From a virus (lineage: Duplodnaviria > Caudoviricetes), in IMG/VR virus record IMGVR_UViG_3300027744_000042, positions 1 to 41,615 of that record: DNA of 41,615 nt. One strand, given 5' to 3'. Below, in pieces: positions 9,863-17,753 of the stretch (positions are counted from its first letter, which is position 1; the number at the start of each line of letters is the position of its first letter). A program made the position numbers and the translations under genes. The notes under the pieces were generated by a model. That model worked only from the letters and a program-made list of their open reading frames with translations, had not been told where the DNA came from and did not search any database.

Positions 9863-10315
9863 TTATTTTTTGTTAAACAACAACTGAATTTGATTGATAG
9901 CAGCAGTTGAGGTTAGTGCGCCAGTCACTGCGCTATTTACAACTTTAGAAGCCGTTACAGCCACAGGCTCACTTAGGGCTGCAGCATACGTTTGGACTTT
10001 ATCGGCTGCTGCCTGGGGGAGAAACTTTTTGGCAAGGTGCGTGGTGATGATCTTTACTTCTTTGTCAGTTAGTTGACCGTCAGATAAAGCTTGCACCGTA
10101 ATGGTAAAAGCATCTTGCACTTGCGACCCTTTCCAGGTTGCTAGGTTTGACGCCAGGAGTGGATCAAGCACATCGTATGCGCGGGCGATGCCAGGACCTG
10201 CCTTTAAGAACGCCTTGGCAACTTCTTGTTTGTTCAACCAGCCAGTGGCTTTAGTCAGACCAAAGCCAGCAATCACAGCAATAAGAGAAAAAATAATTGG
10301 TTCCAGGAATGTCAC
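9863..10315 (-). CDS. Protein with N-terminal transmembrane helix
   Basis: IIFSLIAVIAGFGL; GTG start; TGCTAAATT box at 10337-10345. Confidence 0.65.
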   Translation of the reverse strand: MTFLEPIIFSLIAVIAGFGLTKATGWLNKQEVAKAFLKAGPGIARAYDVLDPLLASNLATWKGSQVQDAFTITVQALSDGQLTDKEVKIITTHLAKKFLPQAAADKVQTYAAALSEPVAVTASKVVNSAVTGALTSTAAINQIQLLFNKK

Positions 10316-10358
10316 AGCGGTCTCTCAATTAATTCTAATTTAGCAGCGGCAACCCGTG

Positions 10359-13300
10359 TCAGAACAATGTGGGTTGCTGAACCGATGCTTTAGCCAAAGC
10401 TTTTTGCATAGCTGCTCTAAGGTTTGTTCCTGGGCGAGATCCCATGTAACGTTCTGTTGCAAGAGCCTCCTCTAGTGCTGGAGTTGAGCGGATTTGTGAG
10501 GCCAGTCCGGCGCCAGGGATAGAGAGTTGCTGCGGCTGAAATTCGCGAACGGTGCGGACAGTAGGGTTAGATTTAGGCGCTTCTTTGGGTCCCTGTATCC
10601 ATTCTGAAGTTTGGCCAACCTCCTGAGGACGCGCATCTGAAGCCGAAGGTAAATCAACGGATTCGCCGCGCATAATTTGATTTATCATCTCAGCACGTTG
10701 CTTTAACAGTGCGACGCTTTTTGCGCGGGGGCTTCCTTCTGCTGGAGCTTGACGCGGCGCAGTTTGAGCCCTGGCTTGTAGTCTGCCCCCAGGGGAAGAC
10801 AAAGCTAGTTGAATTAAATTTTCATCCACTTGCTCTGGAGTTGGTCCAGCAAGCGCTCTCTTCATTGCAGCATTACTGTAAGCACCCATTCCAGGGGCCG
10901 TGTAACCACTTGGACGCTCTGTTGCTGCTTCTGTGTAAAGCAGCCCTTCAGGTGTTATGAGATCAGGGCGCTCTTTTGCCCGATTTTGACGTTCAACGGG
11001 ATCAAATGAACGTGGGTCAATCACATCAGAAGTAATTCCCTTGTAAGAACGATCTCTTTTGCCCATGAGGCGTTGCGGTTCAACTGCTGTTCCACGAACA
11101 GGTCTAACAGATTTGTTGGCGTATTGTGCAGGCAAAACATCATCTGCATGCAAAATTTCACCTGTATTTAAATCTTTGAACAACACAGGCGTTACATCAG
11201 AAATGGCACCTTCTGGCGAATATCCTAGGTCCGCCAGTGCTTCCCGGCGGCGACCAACCCCACCAACTTCACTACGGCCTACGCCGCTTCTTGCCCGCAT
11301 ATTGTAGAAATCTATTGGGTCTAAAGTTTTTTCTTCCGGCGCTGAAGTCATGCCAATTATGTCGCCAGTGGTTTGGCTAAAGACAGGTACTTGCTTGGTT
11401 CCTTCTACAATGTTCTCAGGAACAGAGAAAAGAAGTTGGCTTGCGCGCGCATCATCTAATTTATTTTGTGCTGCTATTAAATCATTATGTGCATTTTTAA
11501 GCACAGTTTGTGTTGATTTTGGTAGAGAATTAAGCTGCTCGCTTGATAACATTACGGTAGGTTTAAGTCCAAGACTTCTTAAAGCTCCATACCTTACGTT
11601 ACTTAAAACTGTTTGTTTGCCAATCAACTCATTTTCTAAAACTTGCACTTGAGTTAAGTTTTCACCTTTGCCAGAACCAACAGCACTAAAGGGTTTAAAG
11701 AAGGATTTGGTCGGGACAGTTTCGCCTCCAGGTAAAGTCGTCGTTAGCGGCAGTGCTAACTGAGATGCTGCTTTAAGTAGTTTAGGATCTTGTGTCATGT
11801 CATACAAGCCGGCTGCTTGCCTTAAAAATGTCCTGGTTTTTGCTACCCTGCTCCTTTCAACTTCTGGTAAATCTGCTGTCCTTTCCAGTTTTGTTAGCTC
11901 TTGTTCTAACGTGCCAAGCCGCTGAGTTGATTCTTGAAGCAACCTCCGATGCCAAAGTTCAGGTGTCCATGCAGCTTTGCCCCCAAGGTACCCAGCAACT
12001 TCTAGCCTTCTTGCCTCTGCTCCTTTAGTAATAAGGCGAGTGTCTTCATCGCTAATAGGGACACTGGCAAGACGCTGAACTTGCGGTTTGGCAAAAGCAC
12101 TTGTTACATCCCTGGCACCAGAAACAGCAAACTCGCCTATGTCATGTTGTTCTGTTGGTTCAAATGAGTAAGGATGTTCAATCCTGACAGTTTCTGGTTG
12201 TGTGCCGCCACCAGTACGAACCAAGCTCCTACCTCCCAGCGGGCGATAATCTACTTCTTCATGACGAACAGGTGCGCCGTAACCTGTTCTTGTAGTTAAA
12301 GTTTGGAATAAACCTGAAGCGCCTTTTGGATGTTGCGCTAAATACTCAGGACTGACTTGAGACGGTGAACCCATCCCTGGACTTGGGCGGAGGATGGCTT
12401 CAGGATCAAGTGATAAAATTTGCTCACTAAAACCGATTTGCGGTTGCGCGCCGTACTCTCCGGTGGAAGCGCCGATCGGAGCTGCACCTGTTTCTGGTTG
12501 TAGGAAATCTTTGACGCGCTCACCAATTCCAGGGAATGCTTCTTTGTAACCAGCAACACTTATCTCTGGGTTCCTGATCTCGCCAGTGACGCGATCAACT
12601 AGCGGGGCACCTACAGACGGATTAACTTCTCCGCGCAGATCAGCACGCCGAGCTGCAATTACTTCAGGAGAAGCAAATTTGGTTGCAATCTGGAAGCTTT
12701 GGGTGCCAAGATCACGCGGATCCAAGATGTCAGGTGCGTATTCCGTTTCCTGTGCAGAAATCGGCATTTTGCTCAAAACGCTTTGAATTACTTCAGCTTT
12801 GCTCCTGGGGGCAAAAGTTTGGCTTGAAGTAATTACATCACTTTCTGTGACAGGTTTAACGCCATAGGACTCAGTCGTAGGCGGAAGAGTTGCCTCAGCC
12901 GCAGAACCCGTGGGGGCACCCTTAGCTACTTGAATTTCTTGCGTTGCAACAGGGATTTGCTCCTGTTGATAACGTTGACCGGTAGTGGGCGGTGTAACGT
13001 CACCGGAGTTACGAATTACGTCAGGATCAACATTGCGGCCTCCCCCTAACCCCCCAAGAAAACCTGAAACGCGGCTACCAATATTTTGGGCGTTTTCTGA
13101 TATTGATGTTCCTGCAGTGCGGATTGCTTGCTGCGCCGCAGGATTTTGTGCTAAAGCTACGCCAGCAGCAACAGCACCTGCCGCTAGGGCTGTTTTACCG
13201 AGTGTATCAATAAAAGAACGTTGCCGACTGCGTTCTGCAACCTCTTGACCCTCTTCATTTCTAAAGTGCTCACCAGTAAGAGAGGCATCTAACGTGCCTG

Positions 13301-13559
13301 CAACCTTTGAAGCACGGTTATCGGGCGTTACTGGAGAATTAAAGAGTGAGTTCGGTGCTCTGTTTTCTACTACAACAGGTTGATCATAAAGAATTGAGCC
13401 ACCAACACGTGCTCCAGGCGCATTTGTACTGGCTTTTCCGAAACTTCTGGCATGCGCGTAGGCATGAGGAGTCGCCGCAAGCTTTTCTTGTGTTGTTTCA
13501 GGGTATTTATTACCAGTTTCACGCGCCCAGAGAGCAAAATCTGCAGGAGAGACGGGCAT
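10359..13559 (-). CDS. 1066-aa low-complexity protein, probable large internal virion/ejection protein
   Basis: First gene of the late arm; one hydrophobic segment (ALAAGAVAAGVALA); no catalytic motif recognised. Confidence 0.7.
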   Translation of the reverse strand: MPVSPADFALWARETGNKYPETTQEKLAATPHAYAHARSFGKASTNAPGARVGGSILYDQPVVVENRAPNSLFNSPVTPDNRASKVAGTLDASLTGEHFRNEEGQEVAERSRQRSFIDTLGKTALAAGAVAAGVALAQNPAAQQAIRTAGTSISENAQNIGSRVSGFLGGLGGGRNVDPDVIRNSGDVTPPTTGQRYQQEQIPVATQEIQVAKGAPTGSAAEATLPPTTESYGVKPVTESDVITSSQTFAPRSKAEVIQSVLSKMPISAQETEYAPDILDPRDLGTQSFQIATKFASPEVIAARRADLRGEVNPSVGAPLVDRVTGEIRNPEISVAGYKEAFPGIGERVKDFLQPETGAAPIGASTGEYGAQPQIGFSEQILSLDPEAILRPSPGMGSPSQVSPEYLAQHPKGASGLFQTLTTRTGYGAPVRHEEVDYRPLGGRSLVRTGGGTQPETVRIEHPYSFEPTEQHDIGEFAVSGARDVTSAFAKPQVQRLASVPISDEDTRLITKGAEARRLEVAGYLGGKAAWTPELWHRRLLQESTQRLGTLEQELTKLERTADLPEVERSRVAKTRTFLRQAAGLYDMTQDPKLLKAASQLALPLTTTLPGGETVPTKSFFKPFSAVGSGKGENLTQVQVLENELIGKQTVLSNVRYGALRSLGLKPTVMLSSEQLNSLPKSTQTVLKNAHNDLIAAQNKLDDARASQLLFSVPENIVEGTKQVPVFSQTTGDIIGMTSAPEEKTLDPIDFYNMRARSGVGRSEVGGVGRRREALADLGYSPEGAISDVTPVLFKDLNTGEILHADDVLPAQYANKSVRPVRGTAVEPQRLMGKRDRSYKGITSDVIDPRSFDPVERQNRAKERPDLITPEGLLYTEAATERPSGYTAPGMGAYSNAAMKRALAGPTPEQVDENLIQLALSSPGGRLQARAQTAPRQAPAEGSPRAKSVALLKQRAEMINQIMRGESVDLPSASDARPQEVGQTSEWIQGPKEAPKSNPTVRTVREFQPQQLSIPGAGLASQIRSTPALEEALATERYMGSRPGTNLRAAMQKALAKASVQQPTLF

Positions 13560-13801
13560 TTTATGAAAATTCTTCTATATCTTTGATTTTAAGCGTTATA
13601 AACATGTTTAGCGCCAGGAATAGAGCAATTGTCCCCTACCGGGCCATAAAAAAGGTCAATTTGGGGTAAAAAACGCGGCAGCTATCAAGCAAACACAGTG
13701 AGCAGAGGGGCCCGAAAGGAAAAAAAGAAAGGTGTGGTACGGACGTGCGTGTTGTTGAGTGGAGGGTACCGTGTGTTGCGAGCTAGGTGTTTGCGTGAGC
13801 C

Positions 13802-13814
13802 TAAGAGATAGTTC
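13802..13814 (+). promoter_or_regulatory. Early motif copy 1, TAAGAGATAGTTC
   Basis: Recurs six times in the early arm; about 30 nt before ATG 13844. Confidence 0.55.
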
Positions 13815-13843
13815 CGGTGGTGGTGTTCTGTTGGTTTAATCCA

Positions 13844-14050
13844 ATGACAAGCAAGTGTTACACCATGGAAGTTGAACGTTATGGCGAGTGGGTTGAATAT
13901 ACATTCATGCCACTCGATGACGGGTCGGTATGGACGAAGCCGAGCTTTGGCGCGGTAAAGACACTCCCAGCCGAAGAAGCACGGCGGCTTTGGCGAGCAT
14001 TGCTCCGTAAGGGGTGGGTTCTCCAGCCTGAACCCTGCATCAACTTTTGA
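13844..14050 (+). CDS. Early hypothetical protein
   Basis: ATG lies in the shared TTAATCCAATGACAAGCA leader; EARRLWRALLRKGW C-terminus. Confidence 0.7.
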   Translation: MTSKCYTMEVERYGEWVEYTFMPLDDGSVWTKPSFGAVKTLPAEEARRLWRALLRKGWVLQPEPCINF

Positions 14051-14054
14051 CTAC

Positions 14055-14120
14055 GGCGAAACCGGGGGCTTCGGTCCCTGGTCCGGTAGCTTGACATGCT
14101 GCCGCTGATGAGCCTGTCAG
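14055..14120 (+). ncRNA. Type II hammerhead ribozyme with loop I-3' tail pseudoknot; predicted cleavage after C14083
   Basis: GGC-GAAA-[CCGGGGGC TTCG GTCCCTGG]-TC-[CGGTAGC TTGACAT GCTGCCG]-CTGATGA-GCC-TGTCAG; all core nucleotides and three stems present. Confidence 0.93.
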
Positions 14121-14134
14121 TATTTAAACAACCG

Positions 14135-14147
14135 TAAGAGGTAGTTC
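14135..14147 (+). promoter_or_regulatory. Early motif copy 2, TAAGAGGTAGTTC
   Basis: About 30 nt before ATG 14178. Confidence 0.55.
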
Positions 14148-14177
14148 CTTGCGGTTATGTCCCACTGGGTTAATCCA

Positions 14178-14390
14178 ATGACAAGCACCATGCTGCGTGA
14201 AGCAGCGAACAATGTATATGCCCGCGATCACATTGGGGGCGCACCAATCTATGGCATCCAGCCAGGGTGGTTCGTTGAACAGTTCCTTGACTTCGTTAAA
14301 ATCTGCCCGCCAGCAGCTACCTGGTCGCAAGCTAAGGTAGAAAACACCATGGCCGCCCTTTGGGTTCTTGATCCCGAAGACCTAATCTGA
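14178..14390 (+). CDS. Early hypothetical protein
   Basis: Same 18-nt start context as 13844; followed by the GGGAGC-TTCG-GCTCCC hairpin at 14400-14415. Confidence 0.65.
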   Translation: MTSTMLREAANNVYARDHIGGAPIYGIQPGWFVEQFLDFVKICPPAATWSQAKVENTMAALWVLDPEDLI

Positions 14391-14609
14391 CCCGCACCGG
14401 GGAGCTTCGGCTCCCTATAACATACTATACCCCGCTTAACACGCCCTGTTAGCATATTACTACCGTTTTTAACGCTACAATACCCCTGTACTTCCCTTAT
14501 AATCCCTTGCAGCGCAACGGATCACGGGAGAACGGCCAGATGACTGGTCGAGATTAAATTTTTGTTCGGCAGAAACTGTGGAAAATACGCAGAATTTAAT
14601 CTGAAATCC

Positions 14610-14623
14610 TTAGAGATATTTTC
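14610..14623 (+). promoter_or_regulatory. Early motif copy 3 (variant), TTAGAGATATTTTC
   Basis: Degenerate match to the consensus. Confidence 0.4.
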
Positions 14624-14660
14624 GGGAATTTGTGTAAGTAATTAATACCTACAAGTTGAT

Positions 14661-14707
14661 GGTTGCCTCCAGGGCTAAACAGCCTTAGATGCAGTCCTCA
14701 TGACTGC
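14661..14707 (+). ncRNA. Bistable U/M/D hairpin element, copy 1
   Basis: GGTTGC..AGGGCT-AAAC-AGCCTT..GCAGTC-CTCAT-GACTGC; middle GCAGTC pairs with either flank. Confidence 0.55.
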
Positions 14708-14726
14708 TGTCCTCCGCTCTATTGAC

Positions 14727-14969
14727 ATGGCAACTTTTCTTTCCATCGAAGAAATCCCTGCTTACTTGGAAGATACGTACCTCGTTGATTCCACTGTAGC
14801 TGATCAAGCTTATGAAGCTGTTCAACTCCAGGCACAAGGCCAAGCACGGATGACAGCTATTGCCATCGGTGTAACTGCCGGTCTTGCTGTATATGCCTGG
14901 AAATCACCACTGGGTAAACAGTTGAGAACCAAGATTGCTGCTGCAATCAAACCAGCTGAATCCGTTTAA
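14727..14969 (+). CDS. Early protein with one hydrophobic helix
   Basis: AIAIGVTAGLAVYAW; alternative start at 14700 lies inside the RNA element. Confidence 0.65.
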   Translation: MATFLSIEEIPAYLEDTYLVDSTVADQAYEAVQLQAQGQARMTAIAIGVTAGLAVYAWKSPLGKQLRTKIAAAIKPAESV

Positions 14970-15006
14970 ACGGTCTGGGAGGTGTAATGCCTCCCTCAGC
15001 TATTGC
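14954..15006 (+). ncRNA. tRNA-minihelix-like three-way junction, copy 1
   Basis: AGCTGA/TCAGCT, CCGT-TTAA-ACGG, GGGAGG-TGTAATG-CCTCCC, then ATTGC. Confidence 0.6.
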
Positions 15007-15079
15007 AAGAACAGCCTTAGAGGCAGTTTTTGCTTTTGTGCCTCCAAGGGATATAGGCACCCTGCGCACGGAAACTCCC

Positions 15080-15244
15080 GTGACTTACTTCGACCTCGCA
15101 CACGCCCAGATCCTTCAGGATCGCGTTGAGCTTCTCCAAAACGTTGGAGAGGCCTACAACGAAGCTGAGCTTTCTAGCTGGGCTTGGGAAGTGTTGCTCG
15201 ACCAACACCCAGAGTTTATGCCTGAAGAGGCATGGCTCGGCTGA
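15080..15244 (+). CDS. Small acidic early protein
   Basis: GTG 15080 preferred because the upstream in-frame part (from 14987) runs through RNA structure. Confidence 0.55.
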   Translation: MTYFDLAHAQILQDRVELLQNVGEAYNEAELSSWAWEVLLDQHPEFMPEEAWLG

Positions 15245-15310
15245 TCCGTTTAGGCGGTCAGGGAGCTTCAAGGCTCCCTCAGTCATTGCCCAGTTCGCAG
15301 GAGATGGGCA
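15239..15310 (+). ncRNA. tRNA-minihelix-like three-way junction, copy 2, plus TGCCCA/TGGGCA hairpin
   Basis: GGCTGA/TCAGTC, CCGT-TTAG-GCGG, GGGAGC-TTCAAG-GCTCCC, then ATTGC; changes relative to copy 1 preserve pairing. Confidence 0.6.
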
Positions 15311-15330
15311 CCTGCACCGTTTACCCAGCT

Positions 15331-15582
15331 ATGACAGAAGCTGCTGTGTACAACAAGCTACAAGACCTCCGCCTGCTTGCCAGGAGGGATAATGGTCAAA
15401 TTGACCACCAGTTGGAAACCTTCCGGCTTGAGTTCTTTGCTGCTTTCGAGCAGTATATGGACGGCATGGAAGAGTTGAACTTGACTCCGTTCATCGTAAC
15501 GGCTGACAAGATCATTACTGGCAACAGAGATCTGTTGAGATGGCTCAAGCATGAGTTTGAGCTAGAGGCAGATTTCGGTTGA
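15331..15582 (+). CDS. Early hypothetical protein
   Basis: ATG after the RNA element. Confidence 0.6.
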   Translation: MTEAAVYNKLQDLRLLARRDNGQIDHQLETFRLEFFAAFEQYMDGMEELNLTPFIVTADKIITGNRDLLRWLKHEFELEADFG

Positions 15583-15583
15583 T

Positions 15584-15630
15584 GTTTGCACTAAGGGGCT
15601 ACGGCCCTTTTCTGCAGACTTCATGTCTGC
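15584..15630 (+). ncRNA. Bistable U/M/D hairpin element, copy 2
   Basis: GTTTGCA-CT-AAGGGGC-TACG-GCCCTTT-TC-TGCAGAC-TTCAT-GTCTGC. Confidence 0.7.
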
Positions 15631-15649
15631 TTCCTTTGTTTTTATTATC

Positions 15650-15970
15650 ATGTCACTCGGACGTGTTGTTTTTCTTAGCGCCGCCGCCATTACTGGTGCT
15701 ATTGCTTCGCTCAAGCCTGAGCAACGCAGAAAGCTTAAAGCAGCTACTGCAAAGCAACTACGCAAGCTAGCAAACAAGCTAATGGAAGAAGGAACTCCTC
15801 CTATGTGGAGTGAACCTGAAAGTGGTGACACTGACCAGATTGACTCCAGGGAAGAGGAGCTTACAGCGAAAGAAGAACTTGCAATCGAAAGACTTACAGC
15901 CGAAGAGGTAGCTTCCATTCTTACTGAGGATGAAGTACGCACCATCAACGGCTTCAAAGTCAAGAAGTAA
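15650..15970 (+). CDS. Early protein: hydrophobic N-terminus, basic middle, acidic LT-x-x-E-E repeats
   Basis: ORF track; ATG 15650 chosen outside the RNA element. Confidence 0.6.
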   Translation: MSLGRVVFLSAAAITGAIASLKPEQRRKLKAATAKQLRKLANKLMEEGTPPMWSEPESGDTDQIDSREEELTAKEELAIERLTAEEVASILTEDEVRTINGFKVKK

Positions 15971-16014
15971 CTTCTAATAAACTTCTAATTTCCTGCTAAT
16001 TAGAAGTTCTATCC

Positions 16015-16038
16015 CGTCCGGTACGACGTTAAACTGCC
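16015..16038 (+). ncRNA. H-type pseudoknot leader, copy 1
   Basis: CGTC/GACG and GGTA/TGCC stems with TTAAAC linker; identical 24-mer at 38011. Confidence 0.65.
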
Positions 16039-16065
16039 CTTAACCTGCCCTCTTGCATTAAAATC

Positions 16066-16311
16066 ATGCGTTCTACCCGTTTTGACGAATCTTTTCTTTA
16101 CCAGAAAGATCCCCGTGACGGTTGGGTTGTTACACTTCATGGCGATTTTGCCGAAATGTTCAGAGTTGATCCTGCTACTGCAAAATCAAAGTATGAACGT
16201 TATGAAGCGCCTCTTGAGTCAATCCGCGATGCTGTAAAAGAGTTGAGAAGCGAGGGATATACCCTTGTTTACAGCCTTGATCTTCAGCTTCGTGAGTTGA
16301 TTCACGCCTAA
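16066..16311 (+). CDS. Early hypothetical protein
   Basis: Bracketed by a pseudoknot and a hammerhead. Confidence 0.7.
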   Translation: MRSTRFDESFLYQKDPRDGWVVTLHGDFAEMFRVDPATAKSKYERYEAPLESIRDAVKELRSEGYTLVYSLDLQLRELIHA

Positions 16312-16378
16312 AAGCGAAACTAGAAGAGGTTTAACCGCCCCTTCTAGTCGGCCAGTTATGCTGGCCCTGATGAGCTTT
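16311..16378 (+). ncRNA. Type II hammerhead ribozyme; predicted cleavage after C16349
   Basis: AAAGC-GAAA-[CTAGAAG..CTTCTAG]-TC-[GGCCAG TTATG CTGGCC]-CTGATGA-GCTTT. Confidence 0.93.
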
Positions 16379-16405
16379 CTATCCTTTACATTCGGAGAAT
16401 TTTAA

Positions 16406-16711
16406 ATGACCATCAAAGTTGTTTACAACACTAACTATGGAGGTTTTAGTATCTCCTTTGCAGCATTAGAAAGAATGCAAAAATTAGGATTTAAAGGCGA
16501 AGCTGCTGTAAGTGAAGAATACGTAGCTCTTTATGATTGCACACGGCACGATCCAATTTTGGTGCAAGCTGTTGAAGAGCTTGGACCCAAAGCAAATGGC
16601 ATACATGCTGATTTAAAAATTGCAACAGTCTCTGGTCCTTATCGTATTGAAGAATATGATGGATCAGAAACAATTAGGGAACCAAATAGTTACAAGTGGA
16701 TCACACCATAA
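16406..16711 (+). CDS. Conserved phage hypothetical protein (YGGFS...RHDPxLV...IEEYDG type)
   Basis: SD GGAG; motif set recognised from many phages. Confidence 0.8.
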   Translation: MTIKVVYNTNYGGFSISFAALERMQKLGFKGEAAVSEEYVALYDCTRHDPILVQAVEELGPKANGIHADLKIATVSGPYRIEEYDGSETIREPNSYKWITP

Positions 16712-16747
16712 TCATAAATTTTTAATTCTCTTATCTTTTTTACAACC

Positions 16748-16981
16748 ATGAGACACATCACAAGATTGCGAATTAACCGTGGGCTAATCCTTCTTGGAAT
16801 AGTATGCGGAGTTTTGTTATCAGCTGCTGCTCAAAAGATTACTAACAGTCAAGTCGTTCGTGACTGCAAACTCGAGACATATGCCCTCATTTGGGAATCT
16901 TCTCCTGTTGGTGATCGAATTATCTGCGTTCGCAAATTGCAAATAGCAAACAAGATATTCCCTATGCCACTTAAAGACTAA
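16748..16981 (+). CDS. Small membrane-anchored protein
   Basis: GLILLGIVCGVLLSAAA; two Cys in the soluble part. Confidence 0.6.
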   Translation: MRHITRLRINRGLILLGIVCGVLLSAAAQKITNSQVVRDCKLETYALIWESSPVGDRIICVRKLQIANKIFPMPLKD

Positions 16982-16992
16982 AGAGGTAGTTT
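16979..16992 (+). promoter_or_regulatory. Early motif copy 4, TAAAGAGGTAGTTT
   Basis: Upstream of 17035. Confidence 0.45.
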
Positions 16993-17034
16993 TTGATTAA
17001 TTGTTTCATCAACTTATTCACTTGCTACTAAATC

Positions 17035-17256
17035 ATGAGTCTTTGTTACTTTCCCCCAACTTCAACAACTGTTCGTATTACTTGGTATGGAGGTGAATCA
17101 ACGCAACTTCATTACGAAGAATTGCACAAATCTTCTGATCCAGAATGCGATCAAGATTGGTTTTGCATAGAAACCAAAACACTTGGTAATGGTGTACCTA
17201 CACAAGTTAAAGAACTTTATCAAGAGATGGTTGTTTTTTACAACGATTCTCAATGA
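17035..17256 (+). CDS. Hypothetical protein
   Basis: ORF track; its stop abuts an RNA element. Confidence 0.65.
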   Translation: MSLCYFPPTSTTVRITWYGGESTQLHYEELHKSSDPECDQDWFCIETKTLGNGVPTQVKELYQEMVVFYNDSQ

Positions 17257-17257
17257 T

Positions 17258-17305
17258 GTTCTCTCTAAGGGGCTACGGCCCTTTACTGAGGACTTCATGT
17301 CCTCA
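17258..17305 (+). ncRNA. Bistable U/M/D hairpin element, copy 3
   Basis: GTTCTC-TC-TAAGGGGC-TACG-GCCCTTTA-CT-GAGGAC-TTCAT-GTCCTC; covaries with copy 2. Confidence 0.7.
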
Positions 17306-17329
17306 TTCTGTACACACCGTTTAACTACC

Positions 17330-17752
17330 ATGTCCTCTGTTAACTCTGGATCTATTGTCGGTACCATTGTGTCTGACATCACTGTCAGAAATCCTAGTGA
17401 TTCTTTGCAAGTAACACAGTTTCGTTGTGCTCCGCTTGACGCCAGGGAAGAAGATAGCGCAATCCCGCTAACTGCTTACAATGGCGTCGGAGCAAACATT
17501 CTGCAACGATATAACAAGGGTGACACCGTTGCCGTGTCTTACCGCTTACGATACAATACCTGGCAAACGCCAGAAGGTGAGCCCCGTGGCCGCATGGAGA
17601 TTGTGGCAACTGCTACAACCACTGTGCGCCTGGGGCAAATCAGCACTGCCAAGCGAGCTGCTGAGGCCGCTGGCATGCAAGAAGACACCCAACCCGTAAA
17701 GGTAGTTCACGCTGAAGTTGTTGAACCAACTTTGGCTGAAGTTCCGTTCTAA
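17330..17752 (+). CDS. ssb: Single-stranded DNA-binding protein (single OB fold)
   Basis: YNKGDTVAVSYRLRYNTWQTPEGEPRGRMEIVA; C-terminal EVPF tail. Confidence 0.85.
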   Translation: MSSVNSGSIVGTIVSDITVRNPSDSLQVTQFRCAPLDAREEDSAIPLTAYNGVGANILQRYNKGDTVAVSYRLRYNTWQTPEGEPRGRMEIVATATTTVRLGQISTAKRAAEAAGMQEDTQPVKVVHAEVVEPTLAEVPF

Positions 17753-17753
17753 C

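Noticed and set aside
14942-15007. Twister-sister ribozyme interpretation of the three-way junction
   Set aside because: T-loop-like hairpin is similar, but the conserved internal-loop nucleotides are not present in both copies
14954-15290. True tRNA genes
   Set aside because: No D arm plus anticodon arm, too short, no CCA; no canonical tRNA seen in the window
16015-16038. Pistol ribozyme
   Set aside because: P1 plus AAA linker resembles the pistol 5' part, but P2, P3 and the cleavage-site strand are absent
17286-17292. CTGAGGA as a third hammerhead core (also CTGATGA near 19810 and 40024)
   Set aside because: No properly placed GAAA and stems; the sister copy has CTGCAGA, and the others lie inside coding sequence
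17183-17329. N-terminal extensions of ORF-track calls (also 14987, 15232, 17795, 26180, 30614)
   Set aside because: They run through upstream genes or RNA structures; downstream starts fit better
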